From contig CP068257.2 of the NCBI GenBank assembly GCA_009914755.4, forward strand, positions 7,936,001 through 8,000,000: DNA of 64,000 nucleotides. The letters are read 5' to 3'. Of the stretch, positions 47,351 through 61,985 are shown in pieces. The notes below the pieces were generated by a model. It was not told where the DNA came from. It ran no database searches and was given only the letters and a program-made list of their open reading frames with translations. Both the position numbers and the translations under genes were made by a program. This DNA comes from the human T2T-CHM13v2.0 reference genome, Homo sapiens. Within the stretch, counting starts at the first letter, position 1, and every line of letters begins with the position of its first letter.

Positions 47351-49104
47351 AAATAGACACACAAACACATACAATGTAAAATAAGGAAAAGAGAGTAACC
47401 CGAAATTTAAGAGGAAAATTATAAGGAAAAACAGAGTAAAAAATGAAATTTGGATCAAGAAATGACTAGGTAAGTTAGACCCATGGCACTGTAATCACAA
47501 CTTTTTTACCATAGCAGATCAGGTATTTTGCGATCTGTCCCCTATCTCATCTTTGAACCCATCTTGTACCAAAGTCTCTCTCAAATTAGGTACCAGCCAC
47601 CCTTGCCTTCTTTTAGGTAATTGTCTGTAAGGTTGAGTCTACATATCATAGTCAAAGAATTTATATTTCCACACCCCACCCTCAGCCTCACCTAACCAGA
47701 CCTGCCTGTACAAACTGTGTCCCTACCACACATAGTAGGACCTCAAGTATTGGTTGAATAGGTAAATGGAAAACCCAAAAATGGAGGCATTAAGGATGAG
47801 AAAACTTGAGGACACAGAAGACCTATTAGATTATGAATGATATCGATGATAAAATACTATCAGATGTTGCTCTTAGAAGCATATGATCCCTAAAGGATAA
47901 AAAATGACTAATTTATTATTTACTCAGCCCGTAATTATTAATTAGTCACTCACTATATTTGGATTTAGGAGTGGAAATTACCAGTGAAGAAGGTATAGCT
48001 CCAATAACAGTGTAAGTAAAGAGACAGACATGGGGAAAAGATAATCACTAGTACAAACGGTTCAAGAGTCCCCTCATACTTGATGTTGCCTCCTCAGCAT
48101 CTGCAATTTACAAGCGGCCCCACAAAGATCAATGATCTGCTAGAGCAAGGGTGATACATGCCATTGTCTGAATCTCAGTGCAGCTTTGTACTTTTCAACA
48201 TAATAACTCTTCTGAATTGATCAAGAAGAAAGCAGCTTTAATAAATGTTGAAAGGAGTTAATTTGGGGTTTGGATGTATGATTCAAGGGACGACCAGGAG
48301 CCTCTACAAATATTCCAGTTTGTGGGTTTGTGAGTCTTAAAGAATTCTAAGAATAGCAAGAGTCTATCATATATCATAAACAGAAGGGAACAAAAAAGTC
48401 ACATAAATCCAGAAACATAGTGAATTCCTGATAGAAGTGTTTAAACTCTATGCAGCAGTAGTAAACTAGCTTGAACTTAGCTAAGAGTGAAATAATGAAG
48501 GATGTAACTATGCAAGATAGACTGAAGTGGAGACACTAAGTCCCTGCTTCATAGAGCTCACATTCCGGTGAAGGGCACCAACAGAAAACAAAGAGGGAAA
48601 ATATATACATTATGTTAGGTGGTGGTCTTAAGTAGAAAAAATGAAGCAGTTAAAGAGGTTAGGAAGTGGTTTTTGGGAGTGTGGGAGAGTGTTAAAAGTT
48701 TAGATAGGGTGGCCAGGGAAGCCTTTACTGAGCTGCCATTTGGTAACAACCTTTATGCAGCAAGGAAGCTAGCCATTTGGATATCTGAGGGAGGAACATT
48801 TCAGACATACAGAAGGGTGAACACCAAGTCCCAGAGGCAGGCATCTGCCATGGTGTTTGAGGAATAGCAGGGGAGCCATCAGGCTAGGGAAGACTGAAGT
48901 AGGAGCTGTTGCAAATGAGGGCGGAGAGGCGATGGGTCCAGATCATAAAGTGATTGTTGGTCCTCTTAAGGATTTTGGTTTTTCCTCAGAGTGAGATGAG
49001 ATGGGAAGTATTGGAGACTATTGAGCAGAGGAGACATGAGCTGACTTTAATAGGATGACTCTGACTGCAGGCTTGAGACCTGACTGTAAAAACAAATGTT
49101 TTTC

Positions 49105-49428
49105 TCTTTTTTTTGTTTTTTATTTTTTGATACAGAGTCTCGGGGAACTCCAGCTCTGTTCCCCGGGCTGGAGTGCAGTGGCCCAATCTCAGCCCACTGC
49201 AACCAACGCCTCCTCTGTTCAAGGGATTCTCCTGCCTCAGCTTCCCAAGTAGCTTGGATTACAGGTGCGTATCAGCATGCCTGGATAATTTTGTACATTT
49301 TTATAGAGATGGGGGCAGGTCTTGCTATGTTGCCCGGGCTGGTCCCAAACTCCTGGTCTCCAGTGATCCTCCCGACTTGACCTTCCAAAGTTCTAGGATT
49401 ACAGGCATGAGCCACGTCTCCTGACCAT
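49105..49428 (-). mobile_element. Alu SINE, full length
   Basis: gatacagagtctcggggaactccagctctgttccccgggctggagtgcagtggcc...aggattacaggcatgagccacgtctcc. Confidence 0.85.
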
Positions 49429-49439
49429 TTATTTTATTT

Positions 49440-49575
49440 TATTTTTTTTCTTTTTTAGAGATGGGGATCTCACTATGTTGACCAAGCTGGCCTTGAACTC
49501 CTGGCCTAAAGTGATCTTCCCATCTCAGTCTCCCAAAGTGCTGGGATTACAGGCATGAGCCACTGTGCCTGGTCT
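49440..49575 (-). mobile_element. Alu fragment
   Basis: agagatggggatctcactatgttgaccaagctggccttgaactcctggcc...gggattacaggcatgagccactgtgcctgg. Confidence 0.8.
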
Positions 49576-49666
49576 CTTTGTTTTTGTCAAGTTTCTGAGG
49601 TGTAAGTGTTCTTTATATACTCGATATTAAGCAAGACCATGTCTCTTAAAAAAAAAAAACTGATAT

Positions 49667-49960
49667 GGCCAAGCGCAGTGGCTCATGCCTGTAATCCCAG
49701 CATTTTGGGAGGCCAAGGTGGGTGAATCACCAGAGGACAGAAGTTCAAGACCAGCCTGGACAACCTGGTGAAACCCGATCTCTACTGAAAATACAAAATT
49801 AGCCGGATGTGGTGGTGCATGCCTGTGATCCCAGCAACTTGGGAGGCTGAGGCAGGGAGAATAGCTTGAATTTGGGAGGCAGAGGTTGCAGTGAGCTAAG
49901 ATCATGTCACTGAACTCCAGCCTTGGACAACAAGATGGAAACTCCATCTCAAAAAAAAAA
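49667..49960 (+). mobile_element. Alu SINE, full length
   Basis: ggccaagcgcagtggctcatgcctgtaatcccagcattttgggaggccaaggtgggtgaatcaccagaggacagaagttcaagaccagcctggacaacctggtgaaacccgatctc. Confidence 0.9.
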
Positions 49961-49974
49961 GCTATTAGTCCCTT

Positions 49975-50295
49975 ACCAGATATATGATTTGCAAATATTT
50001 TCTTACATTCTGTAGGTTGTCTTGTCTTGATAGTGTATGTTATTCTTTTTTATGCTTTTATTTTTTGTTCTTACTGTTCCATCTTTTATTTGTGTAAGCA
50101 CTTTAAGTAATATTATTTTGCATGCTATATAATCATTCAAGTGCCTGAAATCCAACTCGCCCTCTTTTTTTTATTGACTCTTCCTCATGACGGATTATTT
50201 CTTCATATATTTTGTAACTTTTGTTTGACTGGTCTTAAGTTATCAAAATTGAGAAAGATTCTTTGCTTGGTGAAACTTTGGTCAGACTCCTAACC
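49975..50295 (-). mobile_element. Old L1 ORF2 3'-region fragment (antisense), abutting the satellite
   Basis: agatatatgatttgcaaatattttcttacattctgtaggttgtcttgtcttgatagtgtatgtt is the antisense-L1 signature (tttgcaaatattttctcccattctgtaggttgtc...). Confidence 0.55.
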
Positions 50296-50301
50296 TCCTC
50301 T

Positions 50302-53300
50302 GGAATGGAATGGAATGGAATGGAATGGAGTGGAGTGGAGTGGAGTGGAGTGGAGTGCAATGCAATGGAATGGAATGGACTCGAATGAAATGGAATGGAA
50401 AGGAGTCAAATGGAATGGAATGGACTCGAATGGAATGTAATGGAATGGACTCAAGTGGAATGGAATGGACTTGAATGCAATAGAATGGAATGGAATGGAC
50501 TCGAATGGAATGGAATGGAATGGACAGGAATGGAATGGAAAGGAATGAAATGGAATGGAAAGGAATGGACTTGAGTGGAATAGAATGGCAAGGAATGGAA
50601 TGGACTCGAGTGATATGGAATAGAAAGCACTCGAATGGAATGGAATGGACTCTAGTGCAATGCAATGGAATAGAATGGAGTCAAATGGAATGGAGTGGAA
50701 TGGATTCGAATGGAATGGAACGGAATTCAATGGATTCGAGACAAACAGAATGTAATGGTATGGAATGGACTCGAATGGAATGGAATGGACACGAATGCAA
50801 TGGAATGGAATGGAAAGGAATAAAATGGAATGGAATGGATTGGAATGGAATGCAATCGACTCGAATGCAACGGAATGGAATGCAATGGAATGGACTCGAA
50901 TGGAATAGAGTGGAATTTATTGGATTGGAATCTAATGGTATGGACTCTAATGGAATGGAATGGAACGGACTCGAATGGAATAGAATGGAACGGAATGGAC
51001 ACGAATGGAATGGAATGGACACGAAAGGTATGGAATGGAAGGGGATGGAATGGAATGGAATGGAAGGGAATGGAATGGAGTGGAATGGAACAGAATGGAC
51101 TTGAATGGAATAGAATGGAATGGAAAGGAGTGGACTCGAATGAAATGGAATGGAAAGGACTCAAATGCAATGCAATGGATTCGAATAGAATGCAATAGAA
51201 TGGAATGGACTCGAATGGAATGGAATGGAATGGAATTGACTCAAGTGGAATGGAATGGAGCGGACTCGAATGAAATGGAATGCAGGGGAAGGAACTGGAA
51301 TGGCATGCAATGGAATGGAATAGTCTCGAATGGAATGGAACGGAATGGACTCGAATGGAGTGGAAAGGAATGGACCCAAATGGAATGGAATGGAATTGAT
51401 TGGAGAGGAATGGAATGGAATGGAGAGGAATGGAATGGAATGGAATGGAATAGAATGGAATGGAATGGAATGGAATGGAATGGAATGGAAAGGAATGGAG
51501 TGGAAGAGAATGGAATGGAATGGAATGGAATGGAATGGAATAGAATGGAAAGGAATGGATTTTAATTGAATGGAATGGAATGGAATGGACTCGAATGGAG
51601 TGGAATGGACTCGAATGGAATGGAATGGAATGGATTCGAGTGGAATACAGTGGAATTGTCTCGAATGGAATTCAATGGAATGAACTCCAATGGAATGGAA
51701 TGGACTTGAATGGAATGGAAAGGAAACGACTCGAGTGGAATGGAATGGAATGGAATGGAAAGGAAACGACTCGAGTGGAATGGAATGGAATGGAATGCAC
51801 TCGAATGGAATGGAATGGAATTGACTCGAATGGAATTGAAAGGAATGGACTCGAATAGAATGGAATGGAATGGGCTCGAATGCAATGGAGTGAAATGGAC
51901 TCGAATGGAATGGAAAGGAATTAAATGGACTGGAATTGAATGGAATGCAACGGACTCGAATGGAATGGAATGGAAAGGTCACGAATGAAATGGAATGGAA
52001 TGGAAAGGAATGGAATGGAATGGAATGCAATGCAATGGAATGAAATGGAATGAAATGGAACGGACTCGAATGGAATAGATTAGATTGAAATTTAGTGGAA
52101 TGGACTCTATGGAATGGAATGGAATGGATTCGAATGTAATAGAATGGAATGGAATGGAATGGAATGGAATGGAAAGGAATGGAATGGAATGGAATGGAAT
52201 GGAATCGAATGGAATCGAATGGAATGGAATTTAAAGGACACGAATGGAATGGAATGTACTCGAATGGAATGGAATGGAATGGAAACGACTCGAGTGGAAT
52301 GAAATGGAATGGAATGGAATCGAATGTAATGGAATGAGATTGAATGGACTTGAATGGAATGGAATGGCATGGTCTCAAATGGAATGGAATGGCATGGTCT
52401 CGAATGGAATGCAATTGAATGGACTCAATTGGAATGGAATGGAATTGACTCGAGTGGAATTGAATGGAATGGACCGGAATGGAATTAAGTGTAATGGAAT
52501 GGACACGAATGAAATGGACTCGAATGGAATGGAATGGAATGGAATGGAATGGAATGGAATGGAATGGAATGGAATGAAATGATTTTGAATCGAATGACAT
52601 GGAATGGACTCGAATGGAATGGGTTGGGATTGGTTGGTCTCAAATGGAATGGAATGGAATGGACTCAAATGGAATGGAATGGAATAGAATGGACTCGAAT
52701 ATAATGGAATGGATTTGGCTCGAATGGAATGGAAAGGATTTGAGTGGAATGGAATGGACACGAATGGAATAGAATGGAATGGACTCGAATGGAATGGAAT
52801 GGAATGGACTCAAATGGAATGGAAAGGAATGGACTCAAATGGAATAGAGTGGAATGGAATGGACTCGAATACGATGAAGTGGAATGGACTCGAACGGAAT
52901 GGAATGGACTCCAGTGGAATGGAATGGAATGGTATGGTCTCAAATGGAATGGAAAGGAAAGGAACGAATTCAAATGGAATAGAATGGAATGGATTCGAAT
53001 CTAATGGAGTGGAATGGAATGGACTTGAATGGAATGGAGTGTAATGGAATCAAAAGGAATGGAATGGAATTTAATGGACTCGAATGGAAAGGAATGGAAT
53101 TGAAGGGAATCAAAAGGAATGGATGGGAATGGAATGGAATGGACTCGAATGGAATGGAATGGACTCGAATGGAATGGAAGGGACTTGAACGGAGTGAAGC
53201 CGAATGGATTCGAATGGAATGGAATGGAATGGAATGGAATGGAATGGAATGGAATGAACTCGAATGGAAGGGAATGGACTTGAATGGAATGGAATGGAAT

Positions 53301-56300
53301 GGACTCAAATGGAATGGAAGGACTCAAATGGAGTGGAGCCGAATGGATTTGAATGGAATGGAATGGAATTGAATTGAATGGAATGAACTCGAATGGAATG
53401 GAATGGAATGGAACGAAATGGACTCAAATGGAATGGCATGGAATGGACTCGATCGAATGGAATGGCATAAAATGGAATGGAATGGACTTGAATGTAATGC
53501 AGTTCAATTGAATGTACCCAAAAGGAATGGAATGGAATGAACGGACTCAAATGAAATGGAATGGACCCGAAAGGAATGGAATGGAATAGAATCAACTCGA
53601 GTGGAATGGAATGGAATGGACTCGAATGAAATGGAATGCAGTGGAATGGACTCAAATGAAATGGAATGCAGTGGAATGGACCGGAATGGCATGCAATGGG
53701 ATGAAATAAACTCGAATGGAATGGAACGGACTCGAATAGAAGGGAATGGAATGGACACGAATGGAATGGAACGTAATGGAAGGGAATAGAATGGAACAGA
53801 ATGGATTGGAATAGAATGGAATGGAATGGAGTGGATGCAAATGGAATGGAATGGAATGGATTCGAATGGAATAGAATGGAATTTACTGGATTGGAATCTA
53901 ACGGAATTGACTCTAATGAAATGGAATGGAATGGACTCAAATGGAAGTGAACAGAATGGAATGGATTCGAATGGAATGGAATGGACTCGAATGGAATGGA
54001 ATGGAACTGAATGGAATGGAGTTGAATGCAATAGAATGGAATGGAAAGGAATGGACTCGAATGAAATGGAAAGGTATGGAGTGGAATGGAATGGAATGGA
54101 GTGGAATGGAATGGAATGGAATGGAATGGAATGGAATGGAATGGAATGGAATAACTCAAAAGGAATGGAATGGAATGGACTCAAGCGGAATGGAATGGAC
54201 TCGAAAGCAATAGAATGGAATGGAATGGACTCGAATGGAATGGACAGGAATTGAATGGAATGGAATGGAATAGAATGGACTGTAATGGAATGGAATGGGA
54301 AAGAATGGAATGCAATGGACGAGAATGGAATAGAATGGAAAGGAATGGAATGGACTCGAATGATATGGAATAGAAAGGACTCGAATAGAATGGACTCTAG
54401 TGGAATGGAATGCAATAGAATGGACTCGAATGGAATGGAGTGGAATGGATTCGAACGGAATGGAATGGAATTCAATGGATTTCAGTCAAACGGAATGTAA
54501 TGGTATGGAATGGACTCGAATGGAATGGAATGGAATGGACTCGAATGGAATGGACTCGAATGGAATGGAATAGAATGGAATGGAATGGAATGGAATAAAA
54601 TGGAATGGAATAGAATGGAATGGATTGGAATGGAATGGAATGGACTCAAACGCAATGGAATGTACTCAAATGGAATGGAATGGAATGCAATGGAATGGAC
54701 TCGAATGGAATAGAGTGGAATTTACTGGATTGGAATCTAATGGTATGGACTCTAATGCAATGGAATGGAATGGACTCGAATGGAATAGAATAGAATGGAA
54801 TGGAATGGAATGGAATAAAATGGAATGGAATAGAATGGAATGGATTGGAATGGAATGGAATGGACTCAAACGCAATGGAATGTACTCAAATGGAATGGAA
54901 TGGAATGCAATGGAATGGACTCGAATGGAATAGAGTGGAATTTACTGGATTGGAATCTAATGGTATGGACTCTAATGCAATGGAATGGAATGGACTCGAA
55001 TGGAATAGAATGGAATGGAATGAACTCGAATGGAATGGAATGGACATGAAAGGTATGGAATGGAATGGGATGGAATGGAATGGACTGGAATGGAAGGGAA
55101 TGGAATGGAGTGGAATGGAACAGAATGGAATTGAATGGAATAGAATGGAATGGAAAGGAAAGGACTCAAATTAAATGGAATGTAAAGGACTGAAATGCAA
55201 TGGAATGGAATGGAATGGAAACGACTCGAGTGGAATGGAATGGAATGGAATGCACTCGAATGGAATGGAATGGGATTGACTTGAATGGAATAGAAAGGAA
55301 TGGAGTCGAATAGAATGGAATGCAATGGAATGGACTCGAATGCAATGGAGTGGAATGGACTCGAATGTAATGGAAAGGAATTAAATGGACTGGAATCGAC
55401 TGGAATGCAATGGACTCGAATGGAATGGAATGAAAAGGACACGAATGGAATGGAATGGAATGGAATGGAATGCAATGGAATGGAATGCAATGGGATGGTA
55501 TGGTATGGATTGGGATGGACTTGAATGGAATAGAAAGGGATAGAATGGAATGAATTTAAAAAGAATGGAATGGAATGGACTCCAATGGAATGGAAAGGCC
55601 ACGAATTGAATGGAATGGAAAGGAACAGACTCGAATGGAATAGATTGGAATTTAGTGGAATGCACTCTGATGGAATAGAATGGAATGGAATCGAATGGAA
55701 AGGAATTTAAAGGACTCGAATGGAATGGAATGTATTCGAAAGGAATGGAATGGAATCGAAAAGACTTGAGTGGAATGAAATGGAATGGAATGGAATAGAA
55801 TGTAATGGAATGGGAGTGAATGGACTCGAATGGAATGGAATGGCATGGACTCGAATGGAATGGAATGGAATGCAATTTAATGGACTCAAATGGAATGGAA
55901 TGGAATTGACTCGAATGGAATTGAATAGAATGGACCGGAATGGAATTAAGTGTAATGGAATGGACACGAGTGATATGGAATGGAATGGACTCGAATGGAA
56001 TGGAATGGAATGGAATGAAATGGAATGGAATGGAATGATTTCGAATTGAATGACATGGAATGGACTCGAATGGAATGGGTTCGGATTGGATGGTCTCAAA
56101 TGGAATGGAATGGAATGGAATGGACTTAAATGGAATGGAATGGAATATAATGGACTCGAATGGAATGAAATGGACTCCAGTGGAATGGAATGGAATGTTA
56201 TGGTCTCAAATGGAATGGAACAGATTCAAATGGAATAGAAAGGAATGGACTAGAATCTAATGGAGTGCAATTGAATGGACTCGAATTGAATGGAGTGTAA

Positions 56301-59300
56301 TGGAATCGAGTGGAATGGAATGTAATTTAAAGGACTCGAATGGAATGGAATGGAATGGACCCAAAAGGTATGGATTGGAATGGAATGGAATGGACTCGAA
56401 TGGAACGGAAGGGACTCCAATGGAATGGAATTGAAAGGAATCCACTCGAGTGAAACGGAATGGAATGGAATGGAATGCACACGAATGGAATGGAATGGAA
56501 TTGACTCGAATGGAATAGAAAGGAATGGACTCGAATGGAATGAAATAGAATGCAATGGACTCGAATGGAATGGAGTGGAATGGACCCGAATGGAAAAGAA
56601 TGGAATGGAGTCGAATGGAATGAAGTGGAATGGAATGGACAAGAATGGAATGGAATGGAATGGAATGGAACGGAACGGAACAGAACAGAATGGAACGGAA
56701 TGTAATGGAATGAAATGGCCTCGAATGGAACGGAATGCAATGGAATGAACACGAATGAAATAGAATGGAACAGAAAAGAATGGAATGGACTCCAATGGAA
56801 AGCAATTGAATTGAATAGACTCGAAAGGAATGGAATGGAATGGAATGGAGTAGAGTGATATGGACTGGAATGGAATAGAATGGAATGGAATGGAATGGAA
56901 TGGAATGGCATCGAATGGAATTGAATGGAAAGCAATGGAATGGACTCAAATGAAATAGAATGGAATTGACTCGATTGGAATAGAATGGAATGGAATGGAC
57001 GCTAATGGAATGGAATGGAATGGACATGAAACATATGGAATGGAATGGGATGGAATGGAATGGACTGGAATAGAAGAGAATGGAATAGAGTGGAATGGAA
57101 CGGAATGGACTTGAATGGAATAGAATGGAATGGAATGGAATGGACTCGAATGAAATGGAATGGAATGGACTCAAATGCAATGGAATGGATTCGAATGGAA
57201 TGGAATGGAATGGACTCGAATGGAATGCAACGGAATGGACTCAAGTGGAAAGGAATAGAATGGACTCGAATGGAATAGAATGGAATGGAATGGAATCGAA
57301 TGGAATGGAATTGAATGGACACGAATGGAATGGAAGGAAGTGGAATGGAATGGAGTGGAATGGAATGGAATGGAGTTGAATGGAAAGGAATGGACTTGGA
57401 TTGAATAGAAAGGAGTGGAATGGAATGGACTCGAATGAAATGGAATGGAAAGGACTTGAATGAAATGGAATGGACTCGAATGGAATGTAATGGATTGGAA
57501 TGGAGTCGAATGGAATGGAATGGACTAAAGAGGAATGAAATGGAATACACTCGAATGGAATATAATGGAAAGGAATGGGCTCGAATGGAATGGAATGGAG
57601 TGGAATGGAATGGACTGGAATGGAATGGAACGGACTGGGATGGAATGGAATGGAATGGAATAGAATGGAATAGAATGGAATGGAATGGAGTGCACTCGAA
57701 TGAAATGGAATGGAATGGATTCGAATGGAATGGAATGGACACGAGTGGAATGGAATGGATTCGAATGGAATGGAATGGAAAGTAATCGAATGGAATTTAA
57801 TGGAATGGAATGGAATGGACTCGAATGGAATGGAGTGGAATGGATTTGAATGGAATGGAATCAAATGGACTCGAGTAGAACGGAATGTAATGGTAAGGAA
57901 TAGACTCGAATGGAATCGAATGGAATGGAGTGAAAGGGACTCGAATGAAATGGAATGGAAAGGACTCGAATGCAATGGAATGGACTCGAATGGAATGGAA
58001 CGGAATGGACTCAAGTGGAATGGAATTGAATAGACTGGAATGGAATAGAAAGGAATGGAATGGAATGGAATGTACTCTAAAGGAATGGAATTGAATGGAC
58101 ACGAATGGAATGGAATGGACTGGAATGGAATGGAGTGGAGTGGAATGGAAAGGAATGGACTTGAATGGAATAGAGTGGAGTGGAATGGAATGGACTCGAA
58201 TGAAATGGAATGGAAAGGACTTGAATACAATGGAATGGACTCGAATGGAATATAATGGATTGGAATGGTATCAAATGGAATGGAATGGAATAGACTCGAA
58301 TGGAATATAATGGAAAGGGAAGGGCTCGAATGGAAGGGAATGGAATGGACACGAATGGAATGGAATGGAGTGAAATGGAATTGATTGGAATGGAATGGAA
58401 TGGAATGGAATGCACTTGAATAGAATGGAATGGAATGGAATAAAGGGAACGGAATGGATTAGATTCGAATGGAATATAATGGAAAGGAATGGGCTCAAAT
58501 GGAATGGAATGGAATGGACAGGAATGGAATGTAATGGAGTGGAATGGAATGGAATGGAATGCACTTGAATGGAATAGAATGGAATGGAATGGACTCAAAT
58601 GGAATGGAATGGACATGAGTGAAATGGAATGGAATGGACTCGAATGGAATGGAATGGAATGGAATGGAATGGACTCAAATTGGATGGAATGGTATGTAAT
58701 GGACTCGAATGGAATGGATTGTAAAGGACGCAAATGGAATAGAATGGAATGGCATGGAATAGAATGGACTGGAATGGAATGGACTCAAGTGGAATGGAAT
58801 GGAATGGAATGGACACGAATGGAATTGCATGAAATGGAATGGACTCTAATGGAATGGACACGAATGGAATGGAATGGAATTGAAAGGAATGGACTGTAAT
58901 GGAATGGAAAGGAATGGAGGAAAGGAATCGAAAAAAGGAATGGAGTGGAATGGAATGGACTCGAATGGAATGGAAAGGACTCGAGTGGAATGGAATGGAA
59001 TGGATTTGACTCGAATGGAATAGAGTGGAATGGATTCGAATGGAATGGAATGGAATGGACTCAAGTCGAACGGAATGTAATGGTAAGGAATGGACTCGAA
59101 TTGAATGGAACGGAATGAAAGGGACTCGAATGAAATGGAATGGAATGGACTCGAATTTAATGCAATGGAATGTAATGGAATGGAATGGACTCAAATGTTA
59201 TGGAATGGAACTGAATGGACTCGAAAGGAATGGAATGGAATGGACTCGAAAGGAAGGGAATGGAATGGAATGGAATTGAATGGAATGGAATTGAACGGAA

Positions 59301-59735
59301 GGGAATGGAATGGACTCCAATGGAATGGCATGGTCTCGAAGGTAACTGAAAGGAACGAAAACGACTCGAGTGGAATGGAATGGAATGGAATGGAATGGAA
59401 TGGAATGGACTCTAATGGGATGGAATGGAATTGAATGGACTCTAATGGAATTGAATAGAATGGAATGGACTCGAATGGAATGGAATGGAATTGACACGAA
59501 TGGAATTGAAGGGAATGGACCCGAATGGAATGGAATGGACTTCAATTGAATGCAGTGGAATTCATTGGGTTCAAATGGAATGGAATGGAATGGAAAAGAA
59601 TGGAATGGAATAGAATTTAATGGGATTGAATGGAATGGACTTGAATCGAATGGAATGGAATGGACTCAAATGGAATAACATTGATTGGAATGGAATGGAC
59701 TCGTATGGAATGGAATGGCATTGAATGGATTCAAA
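50302..59735 (+). repeat. Classical human satellite II/III-type (GGAAT)n array, 9.4 kb. The G-rich strand is on +, and there is ~3.5 kb higher-order periodicity (e.g. 51000-53100 corresponds to 55030-56350).
   Basis: Continuous ggaatggaatggaatggactcgaatggaatgg... pentamer-derived repeats. Diverged monomer strings recur in the same order at long offsets: ggacacgaaaggtatggaatgg at 51015/55045/57020, ggaaacgactcgagtggaatgg at 51730/52275/55215, and a 220-nt block at 54580-54790 repeated at 54800-55010. Confidence 0.95.
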
Positions 59736-61740
59736 TGTTTAAGGAAAAAAATAATCTTAGCAGTCCATGTTGAGTGAACATTTCAATCCATGTAAAGGCG
59801 AAGGTCAGCTGCCACCATGCCATGCAAACCTTATAGTACGTGACATGTTAAATCAGTAACCTCAAAAGGGACTTCTGAGAAGCTATGAGTAAAAGGCACA
59901 CACAAAATGCCTCTGAGATAGATTCACAAATGAAATGGAAAACGATATCTATGTATATCCAAGAATAATAGTAATTATTAGAAAACAAGAAAACTTCTAA
60001 ATTGAAAGAATCCCTAAAGTAAAAGTAGACCAAAGAAAAAGAAATAAAGATGAGAAGTGAGATGAGGCAGAAATGGTGAGTGACAAGGAGACATACTGAG
60101 AAAAAAAGTAGCTAAAGACAGTGTGTTATTATTTCAGCAAAATTAAGTATATCAATACTGAGAAATATGACTTGAAATAGATTCAGTACCTCAGGCAGAA
60201 ACATAAACAAATAACATCTGGCTTTTTCTTTTGATAACCAGTATTTTAAATATAAAAATCTAAAAATATTATCTTTGTGTAAGAGTTACACATTTATCAT
60301 TCCAGTCCTCAGGGTGCATTGTTTCCAAGTAAACAGTAATCATTTCAATAACAAAAGTGCGCTATAAATACTGTATGGAAATAAATGTCCTAACAGATGC
60401 TAACCAGACCTCAGTCTTCACTGGTAAGGACTAGATTTGAAGGTGTTTGCAGATAATTAAAACTTGTTTTCATAACATAACTTAGCAGCTAAGTAGTATA
60501 ATGAAAATGGGATATTCAAATTATAAGATATAAAATATTAAAGATAGAAGAACATGTTTATTTTTTCAATATAAATGTTGTTACAGCTCAGAGAAACAGT
60601 ATGAAATCTCAGGGCTCATGAAAGGCCACATTCTAGAGATAGTGATTGACAGGTATGGCAATTCCCCTACAGCGTGGTGCCTGTTGTCATGGAGTAGCAT
60701 GTCTCTTACAGGGTACTACCAGAAGGCTCAAGTAGGAAGAGCCAATAGTCCATGTGAGAAACCATGGAAGGCTAAAGATAGAAGGAAATATTTGGGCCAC
60801 TATGAAGAGCAAGTTCACCAGGTGAATTGGCATGTGGCTAGGGTACAACTTCCCATACATACATAAATAATGAAGCAGTAAAAAAATTAAGTTATCAGAG
60901 AAGTATTTTATTATTATTAGAGTCATGATTAGCATTCTCCTCACCAGGAGAGTTTTATGTTTTTTTCTAGCTCTACTCTATACTTTTTAAACACTGTCTC
61001 CAATTTTGAAAATAAAAGTTTCTTATTTTTAATTCAACTCTCAATTAAAATAAAACAAAAACCAAAAATGTAGAAGTTCTTTATTTTGACCATCTATATA
61101 TCATACACAACAAAAAGACTGATAAAATTCCACCAAACACAACAGCTAGATCCGTATTCCCGTTAATGCTTAAGCCCATTCCAATAAGGATTTTGTACCA
61201 AATCTGCCCTTGCCAAGGCTACCCAGGGCCTTCATTTAATTATTTGCAATGGACAATTTGAACTTCACATCCGTGTTGGCTTCCTTACATCCTAGGTGCA
61301 CATACGGCCAGACCAGATTTTTCCCATCAGATGTGATTTGATCTTCCAACTTTGGAATGCCTTGATGACTTCCTCTTTATCTAAAGATCACTTTAAAAAG
61401 CCTGAAGTATTTGGCTCTTCCCTAAATCTTTGGCCAGATGCAATGTCATCCTCCCATTGGCTTTCTTTGTCCAAACTACATTAGCCTTATCTCAGATCTT
61501 CAAACAAGTTATATTTCCTGCCTAAGATGTTTGTATGAGTGAGTGAAAGTCTGATGAAGATAGTTCCTTTTTGCCCCCAAAGGTTTTATTGATCATGCTG
61601 ATAATGAATTTATTGTTATTTTAATCTCTTACTGTTATACTCAGGCTTAAATTCTCTACCCTATACACTTCAGTTGACATAATTTTAATTTCCACTCTGA
61701 TGCTTCTCTCTTTTCTATCAACACTCTCTCCCCACAGGGT

Positions 61741-61985
61741 TTCATCTAGATCAGGAGTCAGCAACATTTTTGACAAAGAGCCAGACAGTAAATAGTGCAG
61801 GCTTTGTGTTGCCAAGAGGCAAATTTATGGAACTTTCCCTGCTGAAAAATTTCCCTATATTTTACATTTTAGACTTATAAATGATACACGTACTTATAAC
61901 TCATGAGCCACACAAAAACAGGCAGCAGACCAGATCTGGCTCATGGGCTATAATAGTTTGCCAACCCCTCACTTAGATTCATGAC
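61741..61985 (+). mobile_element. Ancient MER-type repeat relic (likely a DNA-transposon-derived family)
   Basis: ggagtcagcaacatttttgacaaagagccagacagtaaatagtgcaggctttgtgttgcc...aaaaacaggcagcagaccagatctggctcatgggctataatagtttgccaacccctcact matches a widespread old repeat family. Confidence 0.4.

Noticed and set aside
50282-59545. Dozens of long ORFs on both strands of the track (up to 479 aa, e.g. 51161..52600 -) with repetitive peptides such as SIPFHSIPFH / MEWNGMEWNG
   Set aside because: These are artefacts of the (GGAAT)n pentamer satellite. The repeat unit rarely generates stop codons in several frames, so the ORFs are periodic and low-complexity, sit on both strands at once, and have no start or splice context. 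They are not coding.
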